From Hyphomicrobiales bacterium (lineage in GTDB: Bacteria; Pseudomonadota; Alphaproteobacteria; Rhizobiales; Xanthobacteraceae), in contig JANMSH010000413.1 of the NCBI GenBank assembly GCA_031389105.1, positions 1-56,315 of the forward strand: a DNA stretch of 56,315 nt, in the 5' to 3' direction. This document shows positions 27,991 to 37,196 of this stretch, in pieces; positions within the stretch are counted from its first letter, which is position 1; every line of letters begins with the position of its first letter. Both the position numbers and the translations under genes were made by a program. The notes below the pieces were generated by a model, which saw only the letters and a list, made by a program, of their open reading frames with translations, did not search any database and had not been told where the DNA came from.

Positions 27991-29610
27991 TTATCGATGC
28001 GATTGCCGCTCGAGTTCCTTATACGGCTGCCGTTCCAGCTCCTTGAGCGAGACTTCGTAGCCGTCGTCGGTCGACAACACTGGCGATACGCCGAGATTGA
28101 ACGGAGCAACCTGTTTGGCCTTCGACGCCTTGAGATCGAACAACATGCGGGCAAAGTTTCGCACCACCCACCGCACCTTGCTCGGGCTCGCCTCGACGAG
28201 CATCAACGCGAACGCGATCACAGGCGCCATCGTACGCGATAGCGCGATGCGGTCCTTGCCAAACATCTTGTAGGCGATAGAAAGGGAAACCGCCCGGTTA
28301 CGCAGTTTGACCAATTGAGCATCCGGCATCTTGGTCAGGTTGATGAACACGCGCCGCGTAAAGTCGAGCTGCGTCAGTTTCTCGAAATACCACTTCCAGC
28401 CTTTGATCTTGTCCTGATTCTCGTGAAACATCCGCGAGTTGGGGAACAGCACGACGTAGGATGGCAGGAACGTTAGTTCCATTTCGCGGCAGAACTCGAT
28501 CGTCTCTTCAACGGTTTCCGGTGTCTCCGCGGGATGGCCTATCATGAAGTTCGCGATGAAATTCATGCCCGTTGTGCGCGCAGCATTGAGGCCATCGATG
28601 ACCTTTTCGCGCTTGGCGCTCTTGTCCATATCGGTCATGAGCTTCTGACTGCCGGTCTCCACACCGAAGAGGACGTAACGGCAACCGGCCTCGCGCATCG
28701 CCGTAAGCTTGTCGACCGTCGCCCAATCGGCGCGCCCGGACGTCGACCACGTAATGCCAAGCGGCTTCAACGCATCGCAGATTTCGAAAACGCGCGAACG
28801 GTGCGTAATGAATTCCTCGTCGGCAAAATGAAAATCGTTTATTCCATAAGTTTCGCGGAGGTGCGTCAGTTCCTTGACCATGCTGGCCGGCGAACGAAAA
28901 CGTTGCGATGCTTTCTTACGTTCGTCGGTCAGCCCGCCATAGAGCTTCTTTTGGAATTTGCTGTCGTTGATGACCGAGTTGATGCAGAAATTGCAGCGGA
29001 ACGGACAGCCACGCGAGGTCATCGCGTGAATGGAACGGAAACCTTCGCCGTTGTAGGAACGTGGCGCGATATAATCGATGTCGAAATGGTGATAGGCGGG
29101 ATAGGCCAAGCTATCGAGATCTTCGACCACCGGCCCCTTCAGATTGCGGACGATCTTGTCCTTGTGCCGATAGAAGAATGTCGGCACGTCGTGGAAAGGC
29201 TGTCCAGCCGCGATCGAGTCCATCATCTGCGGCAAGACCGCCTCGCATTCGCCGGTCGCGACCGCGTCGGCGCCAATGTAGTCGAGCGCTACTTCCGGGA
29301 TATCGCTGACGCCAACGCCACCAACGACAACCAGCGTCTTGGGCGACACTTCACGCACGATATCCGTGACAGCCTTCATGCCCGCGACCTGCATCGCGAA
29401 GCCACCCATGATGCAGAGATCGTAAACGCCGCGCCGCAGTTCCTGCTCCACGACGTCCATCGTGAGGCCGAGATTGTGCATGTCGAGCGTCTTAACCCGG
29501 TGGCCCTCACGCTCGATGGTCGAGATGATGTAGCCGAGGCCTAGCGGCACATAGACGATTTCGCGCTTGCCAGGGTACGGCGGATGAACGGCCAGGACAT
29601 TCAGCGGCAT
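27991..29610 (-). CDS. Cobalamin (B12)-binding radical SAM protein
   Basis: N-terminal B12 domain ('PLGLGYI', 'VVVGG', 'GECE'), 'TSRGCPFRCNFC', 'FADEEF', 'GVETGS', 'FMIGHPAET'. ATG at 29610. Confidence 0.9.
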   Translation of the reverse strand: MPLNVLAVHPPYPGKREIVYVPLGLGYIISTIEREGHRVKTLDMHNLGLTMDVVEQELRRGVYDLCIMGGFAMQVAGMKAVTDIVREVSPKTLVVVGGVGVSDIPEVALDYIGADAVATGECEAVLPQMMDSIAAGQPFHDVPTFFYRHKDKIVRNLKGPVVEDLDSLAYPAYHHFDIDYIAPRSYNGEGFRSIHAMTSRGCPFRCNFCINSVINDSKFQKKLYGGLTDERKKASQRFRSPASMVKELTHLRETYGINDFHFADEEFITHRSRVFEICDALKPLGITWSTSGRADWATVDKLTAMREAGCRYVLFGVETGSQKLMTDMDKSAKREKVIDGLNAARTTGMNFIANFMIGHPAETPETVEETIEFCREMELTFLPSYVVLFPNSRMFHENQDKIKGWKWYFEKLTQLDFTRRVFINLTKMPDAQLVKLRNRAVSLSIAYKMFGKDRIALSRTMAPVIAFALMLVEASPSKVRWVVRNFARMLFDLKASKAKQVAPFNLGVSPVLSTDDGYEVSLKELERQPYKELERQSHR

Positions 29611-29695
29611 CGAAAATTCCCTTTTGGAACTAGGACAATAGGCCAATATTCCGAAAAGCGCACCCGAATAAATAGCACAAAAACCAGCAAAATTG

Positions 29696-30724
29696 TTACT
29701 TAACGGGGCTTTTCGACGCCTTTGGCATTCGAAGGGTCATGTAGGTAAACAGGCCGGGGATCGTCGCCACCAACGCCATCAGGCGCTGGAGGAATACGAC
29801 TGTTCCATAGTCGTTGGCTGCTCCCGCCGGGTCCATCAACCAGCACAAATAAGCAAATGCGCCCTCGCCCAAGGCAATACCGCCCGGTGTGAACGGGATC
29901 TGGTTTGCGATGGTCGCCATGACGCCGGCCATGCCGAGCTGCGGTAATGAAATCCCGGCGTCGAAAAGCGCACGCGTCAGGATCAAGAGGCTGGAAAGCA
30001 TCAGCACCTGAACAAACGTACTGATGAGCAGGCAAATGCCCAATGTCGGCAATGCATGACCGTAATTTCGTACGAGCAGATTGATATGTAGTGTCGTGCG
30101 ATGGAGCGGACGGAATTTGCGCACGACCGGTGCGATAAAGCGTTCGAACCCGACGAAAACAACGGCCACGCCAAGAATGGCCACGCCAACGGCCGCGCTG
30201 ACAACGACAAAGCCTACAAGTTCCCAGTGTTTGAGTATCTCATTGTAGTTGAGTGCAAAGAGCACAAGACCGATCAGCACCAGACCAAGAAGTCCGATCA
30301 ACCGGTCGACAGCGATAGACAGATAGGCTTGGCCAACGCTCTCAGGCCGCTCACGCCCGATATAATAAAGTCTGATGGCATCGGCGCCGAGCGTGCCAAA
30401 CGTGGTGGTGCCGATGAAATAGCTCGCGAACGTGATGTGCCAGAGACGCCAGAACGGCACCGTCTGCCCTTGGATCGCCAACAGCAGATACCAGCGCACG
30501 ACGCTCAGGTGGATCGCGCCGGCAATCGCGAGCACGGCTGCAATCGCGGCGACCGGATGGGAAAAGATCCGGCCAACCGTCGTCGCGTTAATGATGCCGA
30601 GACGCCCGATGATTACGACAATCACGGCGACGACAGCGAACTTCGCGAGCCAGATCCAAAATGACTTGCTGGGCCAGTGCAACTGTGGTCGCCTCACGTT
30701 TGCCGCCTTCCGCTCAGACGACAT
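29696..30724 (-). CDS. Lysylphosphatidylglycerol synthase TM / UPF0104 flippase-like membrane protein
   Basis: 'RWYLLL', 'GADAIRLY', 'VDRLIG', 'PFTPGGIALGE', multiple TM segments. Confidence 0.85.
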   Translation of the reverse strand: MSSERKAANVRRPQLHWPSKSFWIWLAKFAVVAVIVVIIGRLGIINATTVGRIFSHPVAAIAAVLAIAGAIHLSVVRWYLLLAIQGQTVPFWRLWHITFASYFIGTTTFGTLGADAIRLYYIGRERPESVGQAYLSIAVDRLIGLLGLVLIGLVLFALNYNEILKHWELVGFVVVSAAVGVAILGVAVVFVGFERFIAPVVRKFRPLHRTTLHINLLVRNYGHALPTLGICLLISTFVQVLMLSSLLILTRALFDAGISLPQLGMAGVMATIANQIPFTPGGIALGEGAFAYLCWLMDPAGAANDYGTVVFLQRLMALVATIPGLFTYMTLRMPKASKSPVK

Positions 30725-30744
30725 CCGATTTCGTCGCGCTTGCG

Positions 30745-31788
30745 TTACGCAACCTTCAGCAACACCCGCCCCGCGGTCCCGCTCCGAACCACGTCGAGCG
30801 CCGCATTGATGTCATCGAGCGGGAACTCATGCGTGATCAATCCCTCGAACGAGATGCGCTTCGCGTTGACGAGGCCTATGATGCGCGGAATGTCGATCTG
30901 CGGATGGGCGTCGCCGCCATGCGAGCCGGTCAGGATTTTATTGAAGTGGATCGGCAGCGTGTAGATCGTCACCTTTTCCGACGGCACGCCAACCAGCACG
31001 CATGTGCCATCCGCATGCGTCAGGTCATAGGCCATCTCGATCACTGCCTTCGCGCCGGTCGCCTCGACCACCTTGTCCGGACCTTTGGAACCGACGATCT
31101 TTTTGATCTCGGCGGCGACATCGGTGACCTTGGACGCATCGATGACGTGGGTCGCGCCGCGCGCTTTGGCCATCGCCAGTTTTTCCGGAACCTTATCGAC
31201 CGCAATCACCGGGTTGGCACCAGCGAGCGACGCGAACTGGATCAGTGGAATACCGACGCCACCGACACCGAACACGACCACGGATTCGCCGATCTTGACC
31301 TTGGCGTCGTTGCAGATCACGCCGGCTGCCGTCGTCACGGCGCAGCCGAACAGCGGCGCCACCTTGAGGTCGAAGTCGGCCGGAATGGGCGTCATCCGGT
31401 TCTCGGATACGACCGCGTAATCGTTGAAAGTCGTTACCCAGCCGGCATTGAGCTTGTTGCCGCGCCAGGTATAGGCCGGCGGCGGACCCTGAATGCCGAG
31501 GCTCGGACGCCAGTGCAACACCACGGTGTCGCCTGCCTTGACCGAAGTCACACCGAGGCCGGTCTCGATCACGGTCGCCGAGGCTTCGTGGCCGAGCAGA
31601 TGCGGAAGAAACTTGTCCGGGCCTTTGACGGCGTCGATTTCGTTGATCTGCGCGCCGCAGATCGTCGTGTACAGCACCTTGACCAGAACCTGGCCAACGC
31701 CGAGTTCGGACGGCAAAGCGATCTCATCGACGATGAGAGGCTTGCGCGATTCCGCCAGAACCGCCGCCTTCGCTGTCTTCACTTTCAT
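30745..31788 (-). CDS. Zinc-binding alcohol dehydrogenase (MDR family)
   Basis: 'TICG', 'LGHEAS', 'FGCAVTTA', 'VFGVGGVG', 'ITHEFPLDDIN'. Confidence 0.9.
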   Translation of the reverse strand: MKVKTAKAAVLAESRKPLIVDEIALPSELGVGQVLVKVLYTTICGAQINEIDAVKGPDKFLPHLLGHEASATVIETGLGVTSVKAGDTVVLHWRPSLGIQGPPPAYTWRGNKLNAGWVTTFNDYAVVSENRMTPIPADFDLKVAPLFGCAVTTAAGVICNDAKVKIGESVVVFGVGGVGIPLIQFASLAGANPVIAVDKVPEKLAMAKARGATHVIDASKVTDVAAEIKKIVGSKGPDKVVEATGAKAVIEMAYDLTHADGTCVLVGVPSEKVTIYTLPIHFNKILTGSHGGDAHPQIDIPRIIGLVNAKRISFEGLITHEFPLDDINAALDVVRSGTAGRVLLKVA

Positions 31789-31801
31789 CGACGCTGCTCT
31801 C

Positions 31802-32467
31802 TTATTCGAAGTAGATGAATTCGTAATCGCCGGTGTAGCCGAAGTGCTCGTAGAGCCAGATCCATTCGGCGGCGTCGAAGAAGGCCTCGGCGGTCAACGC
31901 CCAGCACTCCAGATTGAACAGCTCGAGTTCGTTACGATAGCTCTCGAGCATCACGTACTTTTGCTTGCCGACACGCTCGATCTCGGCGAGCGCAGTTTTG
32001 AGCTCGAATAGACGCAAATTGTGCAGCGTCGTCATCGAGATCACGAGGTCGAACGACTTATCGCCGAACGGATAGGCATCCTGCGCGCGATAGCGGAACA
32101 GATTGTCTCGGATTTCTTCCTTGGCGTTGGCGAGGCCGTGCATGGAAATGTCGAAGCCGACGAGCTTGGCGTTCGGCAACAGCAGCTTGAGTTCATAGAG
32201 CAGAAAGCCCTTACCGCAGCCAACATCTAGAATCGAGCAGCCGTCCTTGAGGCCGTAGATCTCGATCAGCTGTTTCGCCACCGGCGTCCAGCGGCCCGGA
32301 AGATACTTGTAACCGCCGTAGCCGAAGCGGCGATCGCCATCCCAATAGTCGGCTTCGTATTCCTTGGCCTTGAGCATGCAGACGACTTTGTCGTCCACCA
32401 TGCGTGCGAGATAATCGCGCTTAGTGGCCTTGTGCAGCGGCGTCATAATGTTGAGAAGACGTCCCAT
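31802..32467 (-). CDS. Class I SAM-dependent methyltransferase
   Basis: 'YWDGDRRFGYGGY', 'ILDVGCGKGFLL', 'FDLVIS..TLHNL'. Confidence 0.9.
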   Translation of the reverse strand: MGRLLNIMTPLHKATKRDYLARMVDDKVVCMLKAKEYEADYWDGDRRFGYGGYKYLPGRWTPVAKQLIEIYGLKDGCSILDVGCGKGFLLYELKLLLPNAKLVGFDISMHGLANAKEEIRDNLFRYRAQDAYPFGDKSFDLVISMTTLHNLRLFELKTALAEIERVGKQKYVMLESYRNELELFNLECWALTAEAFFDAAEWIWLYEHFGYTGDYEFIYFE

Positions 32468-32584
32468 CGATACCTCTATGTAAAGCCCGGACCGGCTAAC
32501 CGAACTGCGCCGAAGGCGGCTGCCGTCCGGTGAATTCGGTCGAAAATTAGAGTGGATTAGTCGCGAAATCCCTTAGCGTTGGCG

Positions 32585-33565
32585 CTATTTAGCCGCCGCG
32601 GGCTGCATTGACAAGCGGCCTCGGCGGCCGCCGCGATCATTGGCCGAGAGCTCGGTACTTACCGATTTGGCAATTTGCGGTCCCTTGAGGCCGTATGTGT
32701 CGAACATAGTTTCTTGCGAGCCATATTCGTGCGGGAACTGATCCGGAATGCCGAGGCGCAGCACCGCAGGCATATCCGCCCCGAAGGCATCGGACAGCGT
32801 CTCGAGCACAGCCGTGCCCAGACCACCGGACCGGATGTGCTCTTCGACCGAGACGACGAGACGGACGTCCGCCGCGCAGGCCAATAGTGCCTCGGTATCG
32901 AGCGGCTTGACGGTGTGCATATGGAGGATGCCGCACGCAACGCCGGTGCCGGCCAGCAAATCCGCCGCCTGCATGGCCTGGCCGAGCATGACCCCGGTCG
33001 TGACGAGCAGGACCGTGCCCGGCTCGCGCACCAGAATGCCCTTGCCGATCTTGAACGGCTTCTTCGGATCGGAAACGACCGGATCGCCGCCTTTGGCGAG
33101 CCGGATGTACATCGGACCGGGCCAATCGAGGGTCTGGTCCATCAGCCGCTTCATCTCCTCGGCGTCGGAGCAGGCAACGACGGTCATGTTCGGCAGCGCA
33201 CGCATCGCCGCCATGTCTTCGATCGCCAGATGCGTCGGACCGAGCGGCGCATAAACAACGCCACCGCCGCTGGACAGCATGCGGACCGGCAGATTGTGCA
33301 GACACAGGTCGACCGCGATTTGTTCAAACGCGCGGCGCGTGAAGAACGGCGCGATCGTATTGAGATACGGAATGAAGCCTTCCATCGCCAAGCCGGCCGA
33401 CATGCCGATGAAGTTCGCCTCGTTGACGCCTTCCATGTACCAGCGGTCTGGAAACTCAAGGCGCATCGCTTCGAGAATGCCGGGGCCGAGATCCGAGCCG
33501 AGGAACAGCACGCGCGGATCGCGCTTGGCCAGCTCGTACACCATGTTGATCGCTGTCTGTCGCAC
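32585..33565 (-). CDS. Transketolase C-terminal subunit (split type)
   Basis: 'EGVNEAN', 'RAFEQI', 'GPTHLAIED', 'YIRLAKG', 'TVKPLD', 'VEEH...GGLG'. Confidence 0.92.
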   Translation of the reverse strand: MRQTAINMVYELAKRDPRVLFLGSDLGPGILEAMRLEFPDRWYMEGVNEANFIGMSAGLAMEGFIPYLNTIAPFFTRRAFEQIAVDLCLHNLPVRMLSSGGGVVYAPLGPTHLAIEDMAAMRALPNMTVVACSDAEEMKRLMDQTLDWPGPMYIRLAKGGDPVVSDPKKPFKIGKGILVREPGTVLLVTTGVMLGQAMQAADLLAGTGVACGILHMHTVKPLDTEALLACAADVRLVVSVEEHIRSGGLGTAVLETLSDAFGADMPAVLRLGIPDQFPHEYGSQETMFDTYGLKGPQIAKSVSTELSANDRGGRRGRLSMQPAAAK

Positions 33566-34408
33566 TTAACGGCTCCCCAGCGCTTCAACCATGGCGGCCA
33601 CGTCCTTGTCCGTCACTTTGGATTTGTGATGCCACTCGGCCTTGTTTTCGGCAAAAGGCAAACCCTTCCCCTTGACCGTATGGCAGATGATTGCCGTCGG
33701 CTTGCCGCTGTCGAACGGCAGCTTCTTGAACAGTTTGCGCAAGGCTTCGACGTCATGGCCGTCGACATCGGCCGCGGCGAACCCAAAAGCCCGCCATTTG
33801 TCCAGGAACGGCTCCATATCCTGAACGACGGACGTCGGGCCGTAGGACTGAATCTTGTTGTAGTCTACCAGCGCCACGAGGTTCGAGAGCTTGTGCTTGC
33901 CGGCCGACATCGCCGCTTCCCACACCGAACCTTCATTCGTCTCGCCGTCGCCCATCACGCAGAACACGCGATGGCTTTTCTTCTGAATTCTTGCCGCAAG
34001 CGCTTTGCCCACCGCAATAGGAAGCCCGTGACCAAGCGCACCGGTCGATGCCTCGACGCCCGGCACTTTGCCGGCTTCCGGATGCCCGCCGAGAATTGAA
34101 TCGCGCCGGCAGAACGTCGTCAGCAATTCTTCCGGGAAGAAACCCTTGTCCGCGAGCAGCACATAGAGTGCGAGGCAACCGTGTCCCTTCGACAGGATGA
34201 AGCGGTCGCGGTCGGCCCACAGCGGTTCCTTGGGGCGATAGTTCATCACGTCATCGAACAGCACGCGGATGACTTCGATGGGCGACATCGACGAACCGAT
34301 GTGGCCGCGGCCGCCGCCTTCCAGCGCCTTCACGACGAGGCGGCGAAGGTGCAGCGAGCGTTCGTCGAGCGGCGTCGACATCCCGATCGTATTGGCAAGG
34401 TCCGTCAT
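33566..34408 (-). CDS. Transketolase N-terminal (ThDP-binding) subunit
   Basis: 'GHIGSSMS', 'DRFILSKGH', 'STGALGHG', ThDP motif 'GDGETNEGSVWEA...DYN', 'TVKGKG'. ATG at 34408. Confidence 0.92.
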   Translation of the reverse strand: MTDLANTIGMSTPLDERSLHLRRLVVKALEGGGRGHIGSSMSPIEVIRVLFDDVMNYRPKEPLWADRDRFILSKGHGCLALYVLLADKGFFPEELLTTFCRRDSILGGHPEAGKVPGVEASTGALGHGLPIAVGKALAARIQKKSHRVFCVMGDGETNEGSVWEAAMSAGKHKLSNLVALVDYNKIQSYGPTSVVQDMEPFLDKWRAFGFAAADVDGHDVEALRKLFKKLPFDSGKPTAIICHTVKGKGLPFAENKAEWHHKSKVTDKDVAAMVEALGSR

Positions 34409-35427
34409 CGTGCCTGATCCATCAAATATTGGCGTACCGCTTCGATCCGGTGGCGGGCTTTTTCGAGCTGAGCGGATGTAGCGACGTCGCGGTCGACATG
34501 CACACCAGCAAGGCGGCGGGATTCCCAACGCTCCGGTAGAAACTCATTGAGCAAGATCATGCACCAACGTAAACCGTAGAGGGGGTATAACAAAGCGAGC
34601 CTCTGGGCGAAAGCGGCCTCTCCTCCGTAGATTTTCACGGCACCGGCACGAAAACGCTCATATTGGGCGGACGAAAGCATCATGCCCGGATGCTGCAGAA
34701 AGTCCGACGCCAGCTTCACCGGGTCGTCCCAGCCAAAGTATTCGAAATCCACGAAGACAAGTTCGCCGTCTGGCCGACGGATGGCGTTGTGGAACCCGAA
34801 ATCCGACGGGCTGAGGCTTTGCTGCGCGCGTGGGATCGGCGCGTCGAACGACCAGCCAAGGCTCTTGTATCCGGCGCGCGACCAGGCCTCCGCGTCTTCC
34901 GCCGTGGGGCCGAAATCGGTGGCCAGAAACTGAGCAAGCCGGGGCTCGGGCTGCGCGATCAGTTTGAAGCGCTCGTGACGGCGGCCGACCTGAGCGACGA
35001 TCTCGGCGCCCGACAGGCAGGCTTCGCTGGCCAGTGGCAGCTTTTCGGCGCCGGGGGCATTACGGATGCCGTGCAGGTTTGCGGCGAAAGCCAAAGCCGC
35101 ATCGATATCCCGGTCGGTGGGCGCCGAAACCGGTCCACCCTCGATCCATTCATACAGCGCAAAGCCATTGTCACGGTCGGCTGCGAAGGCACGCGGCACG
35201 CTGACCGACTTGTGCTGGCTCAGAAACTCAAGCGCGCCGTATTCGACTGAAAGCCGGTCACGAGGGTCACCAGTCCGTCGTGGATATTCCTTCAGCGCGA
35301 ATGAGCGGCCGTCGTTTGCGCGAACCCGGAATAGACGGTTGTTACCGCCGCCCAAATGACGCTCGACCGCGCTGAGCGGCTGCGCGGCCAGCGACCTCGC
35401 GATTTCGAGAATGCGTTCGTCAGACAC
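34405..35427 (-). CDS. Aminoglycoside phosphotransferase/choline kinase-like phosphotransferase
   Basis: 'GGGNNRLF', 'ALKEY', Brenner-like 'SPSDFGFHN', 'FVDFEYFGWDDP'. GTG start at 35427 (alternative ATG 35454). Confidence 0.82.
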   Translation of the reverse strand: MSDERILEIARSLAAQPLSAVERHLGGGNNRLFRVRANDGRSFALKEYPRRTGDPRDRLSVEYGALEFLSQHKSVSVPRAFAADRDNGFALYEWIEGGPVSAPTDRDIDAALAFAANLHGIRNAPGAEKLPLASEACLSGAEIVAQVGRRHERFKLIAQPEPRLAQFLATDFGPTAEDAEAWSRAGYKSLGWSFDAPIPRAQQSLSPSDFGFHNAIRRPDGELVFVDFEYFGWDDPVKLASDFLQHPGMMLSSAQYERFRAGAVKIYGGEAAFAQRLALLYPLYGLRWCMILLNEFLPERWESRRLAGVHVDRDVATSAQLEKARHRIEAVRQYLMDQAR

Positions 35428-36046
35428 GGGCAAATACGGCTTCGGTGATGGCATCCCAGTCGGCGAAAGCCGCGAACGGGCCATGCGGCATCGGGCCGTC
35501 GCCGCGATGAAGCAGGAACGACTGAACGCCCGCCGGAAAACTCGGTTCGTTGAAGACCTCTTCAAGATCGTCGATGAAGTGCGTGCAGTTCAGCGCCGCG
35601 ATACGGCGGCACTTGGCTTCGCGCGTCGGCTCGAAGAAAACATCGTCGCGCTTAAGACCGAGGCCGTCCTTGCGGAAGAAGCCATTGGCTTCCATCCACG
35701 CCAAGGCAACGACATGGAGATCGGCGCCGCCCGGATCGGCGGCGGCGTACTGCGTTTTATGGCTGACGATATGAACCGGCGCACCGCTCTTCTGGCTCGC
35801 GGCTACGAATTGCGCGGCTCCTTCGATCATGCGGGCTTCGCCCATGCGGCGGCCGTAGACCTCGGCCTGCAATTTGGTCCAGGCAGCCTCGCCCGCGCCC
35901 AATCGGATCGAGTCGCGAACTTCCTGCTTGGTGCCTGAAAACTGCTGTGAAAGCAGCTTATTTTCGAGAGCGGCCTTGAGAAACACGTCGTCGTAGCAAA
36001 CCAGCGTGTTGTCGAAGTCAATTCCAACACGCATTGGCTGGATCAC
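35420..36046 (-). CDS. HAD-superfamily hydrolase (phosphatase-like)
   Basis: 'GIDFDNTL' (DxD), 'IVSHK', K, 'FIDDLEE'. Confidence 0.82.
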   Translation of the reverse strand: MIQPMRVGIDFDNTLVCYDDVFLKAALENKLLSQQFSGTKQEVRDSIRLGAGEAAWTKLQAEVYGRRMGEARMIEGAAQFVAASQKSGAPVHIVSHKTQYAAADPGGADLHVVALAWMEANGFFRKDGLGLKRDDVFFEPTREAKCRRIAALNCTHFIDDLEEVFNEPSFPAGVQSFLLHRGDGPMPHGPFAAFADWDAITEAVFARV

Positions 36047-37050
36047 CGCAGAGCCACCTGCTGCATGCGCTTGATGTTGAAATACATCGGGTTGTTCATC
36101 GGGTCTTGCAGCTTGTTGGTCTTGAACGCCTCGACCAGACCCTGAACGGCTTCTTCAATCGAATGCTGCGCGGCGAAGCCGAGCTCGCGTTGAATTTTGG
36201 CCGACGACACATGATAGGAGCGCATGTCATCCGTCGGCTGAACGTCGACCGCCAGCTTGCCGCCCATCACGCCGTTCACCAGGCTGGCGAGCTGCATCAC
36301 GGTGTGGTTCTCGTAACCGGCATTGTAGATCTTGCCGTCAATGGCCGCGTCCGGCTGCTGAAGCATAAAGCAGTACAGATCGGTCATGTCCTCGATGTGA
36401 ATGTTCGGACGCTTTTGCGCGCCGCCGAACACGCGGATCTTGCCAGTGTGATAGGCGAAGTTGCTGAGGATGTTGACGACGACGTCCATGCGCTGACGCG
36501 GCGCATAACCGCAAACAGTCGACGGGCGCAGCGTGCAGGTGACAAAGCCCGGCTCGCGCTCGGCTTCGAGAACGTCTTCGCACATCGCCTTGAATTTCGA
36601 ATAGTCGGTCAGCGGCTGCAGCGACAGCTCCTCGGTCACTTCCGCATCGGGCTTCACGCCGTAGACCGACGACGACGACGCATAGATGAAGCGCTTGACG
36701 CCGGCATCTTTCGACGCACGCACCAACGGCAGGAAGCAGTCGTAGTTGATCGACTTGCCGAGGTCGGGATTGAGCTCGAACGACGGATCGTTGGAGATGC
36801 ACGCGAGATGGATGACCACGTTTGCGCCTTCCAATGCCTTTTTGACCGCGACCGAGTCGCGCAGGTCGCCTTTGACTTCCCGGAATTTCGGGTTGCCGCG
36901 GTGCGCCGCAAACAAATCCTCGCCGTAGATATAGAGGTCGAGAACGGTGACGCTGTGGCCCTGCGCCAAAAGCTTGGGGATCAACCGGCTGCCGACGTAG
37001 CCGGCCCCGCCCGTCACCATGACATTCCAAGTCTTCAGGTCGTTAGTCAT
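36043..37050 (-). CDS. NAD-dependent epimerase/dehydratase (extended SDR)
   Basis: 'TGGAGYVG', 'HLACISNDPS', 'ASSSSVYG', 'YSKFK'. ATG at 37050. Confidence 0.9.
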   Translation of the reverse strand: MTNDLKTWNVMVTGGAGYVGSRLIPKLLAQGHSVTVLDLYIYGEDLFAAHRGNPKFREVKGDLRDSVAVKKALEGANVVIHLACISNDPSFELNPDLGKSINYDCFLPLVRASKDAGVKRFIYASSSSVYGVKPDAEVTEELSLQPLTDYSKFKAMCEDVLEAEREPGFVTCTLRPSTVCGYAPRQRMDVVVNILSNFAYHTGKIRVFGGAQKRPNIHIEDMTDLYCFMLQQPDAAIDGKIYNAGYENHTVMQLASLVNGVMGGKLAVDVQPTDDMRSYHVSSAKIQRELGFAAQHSIEEAVQGLVEAFKTNKLQDPMNNPMYFNIKRMQQVALR

Positions 37051-37196
37051 AACAATAGGTTCCCAACTGGCTTTTGCGGCGCGCCCAGCATGTAGCAGCA
37101 CAATCCCCTTCCCTCAACCTCGCAGGTTGTGCTTTACAGTCGCCTTTACGGGCGCGCGGCTGCGAAAAGCGGCCAATTGGCCCAATTCTTTATAAA

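Noticed and set aside
21534-34408. Housekeeping asnB, fmt and tkt roles
   Set aside because: The split TK, short formyltransferase and glycan-cluster context fit sugar-tailoring paralogs better.
34405-35427. Aminoglycoside resistance kinase
   Set aside because: It shows the APH fold only, and it is translationally coupled between a HAD and transketolase in a biosynthetic operon.
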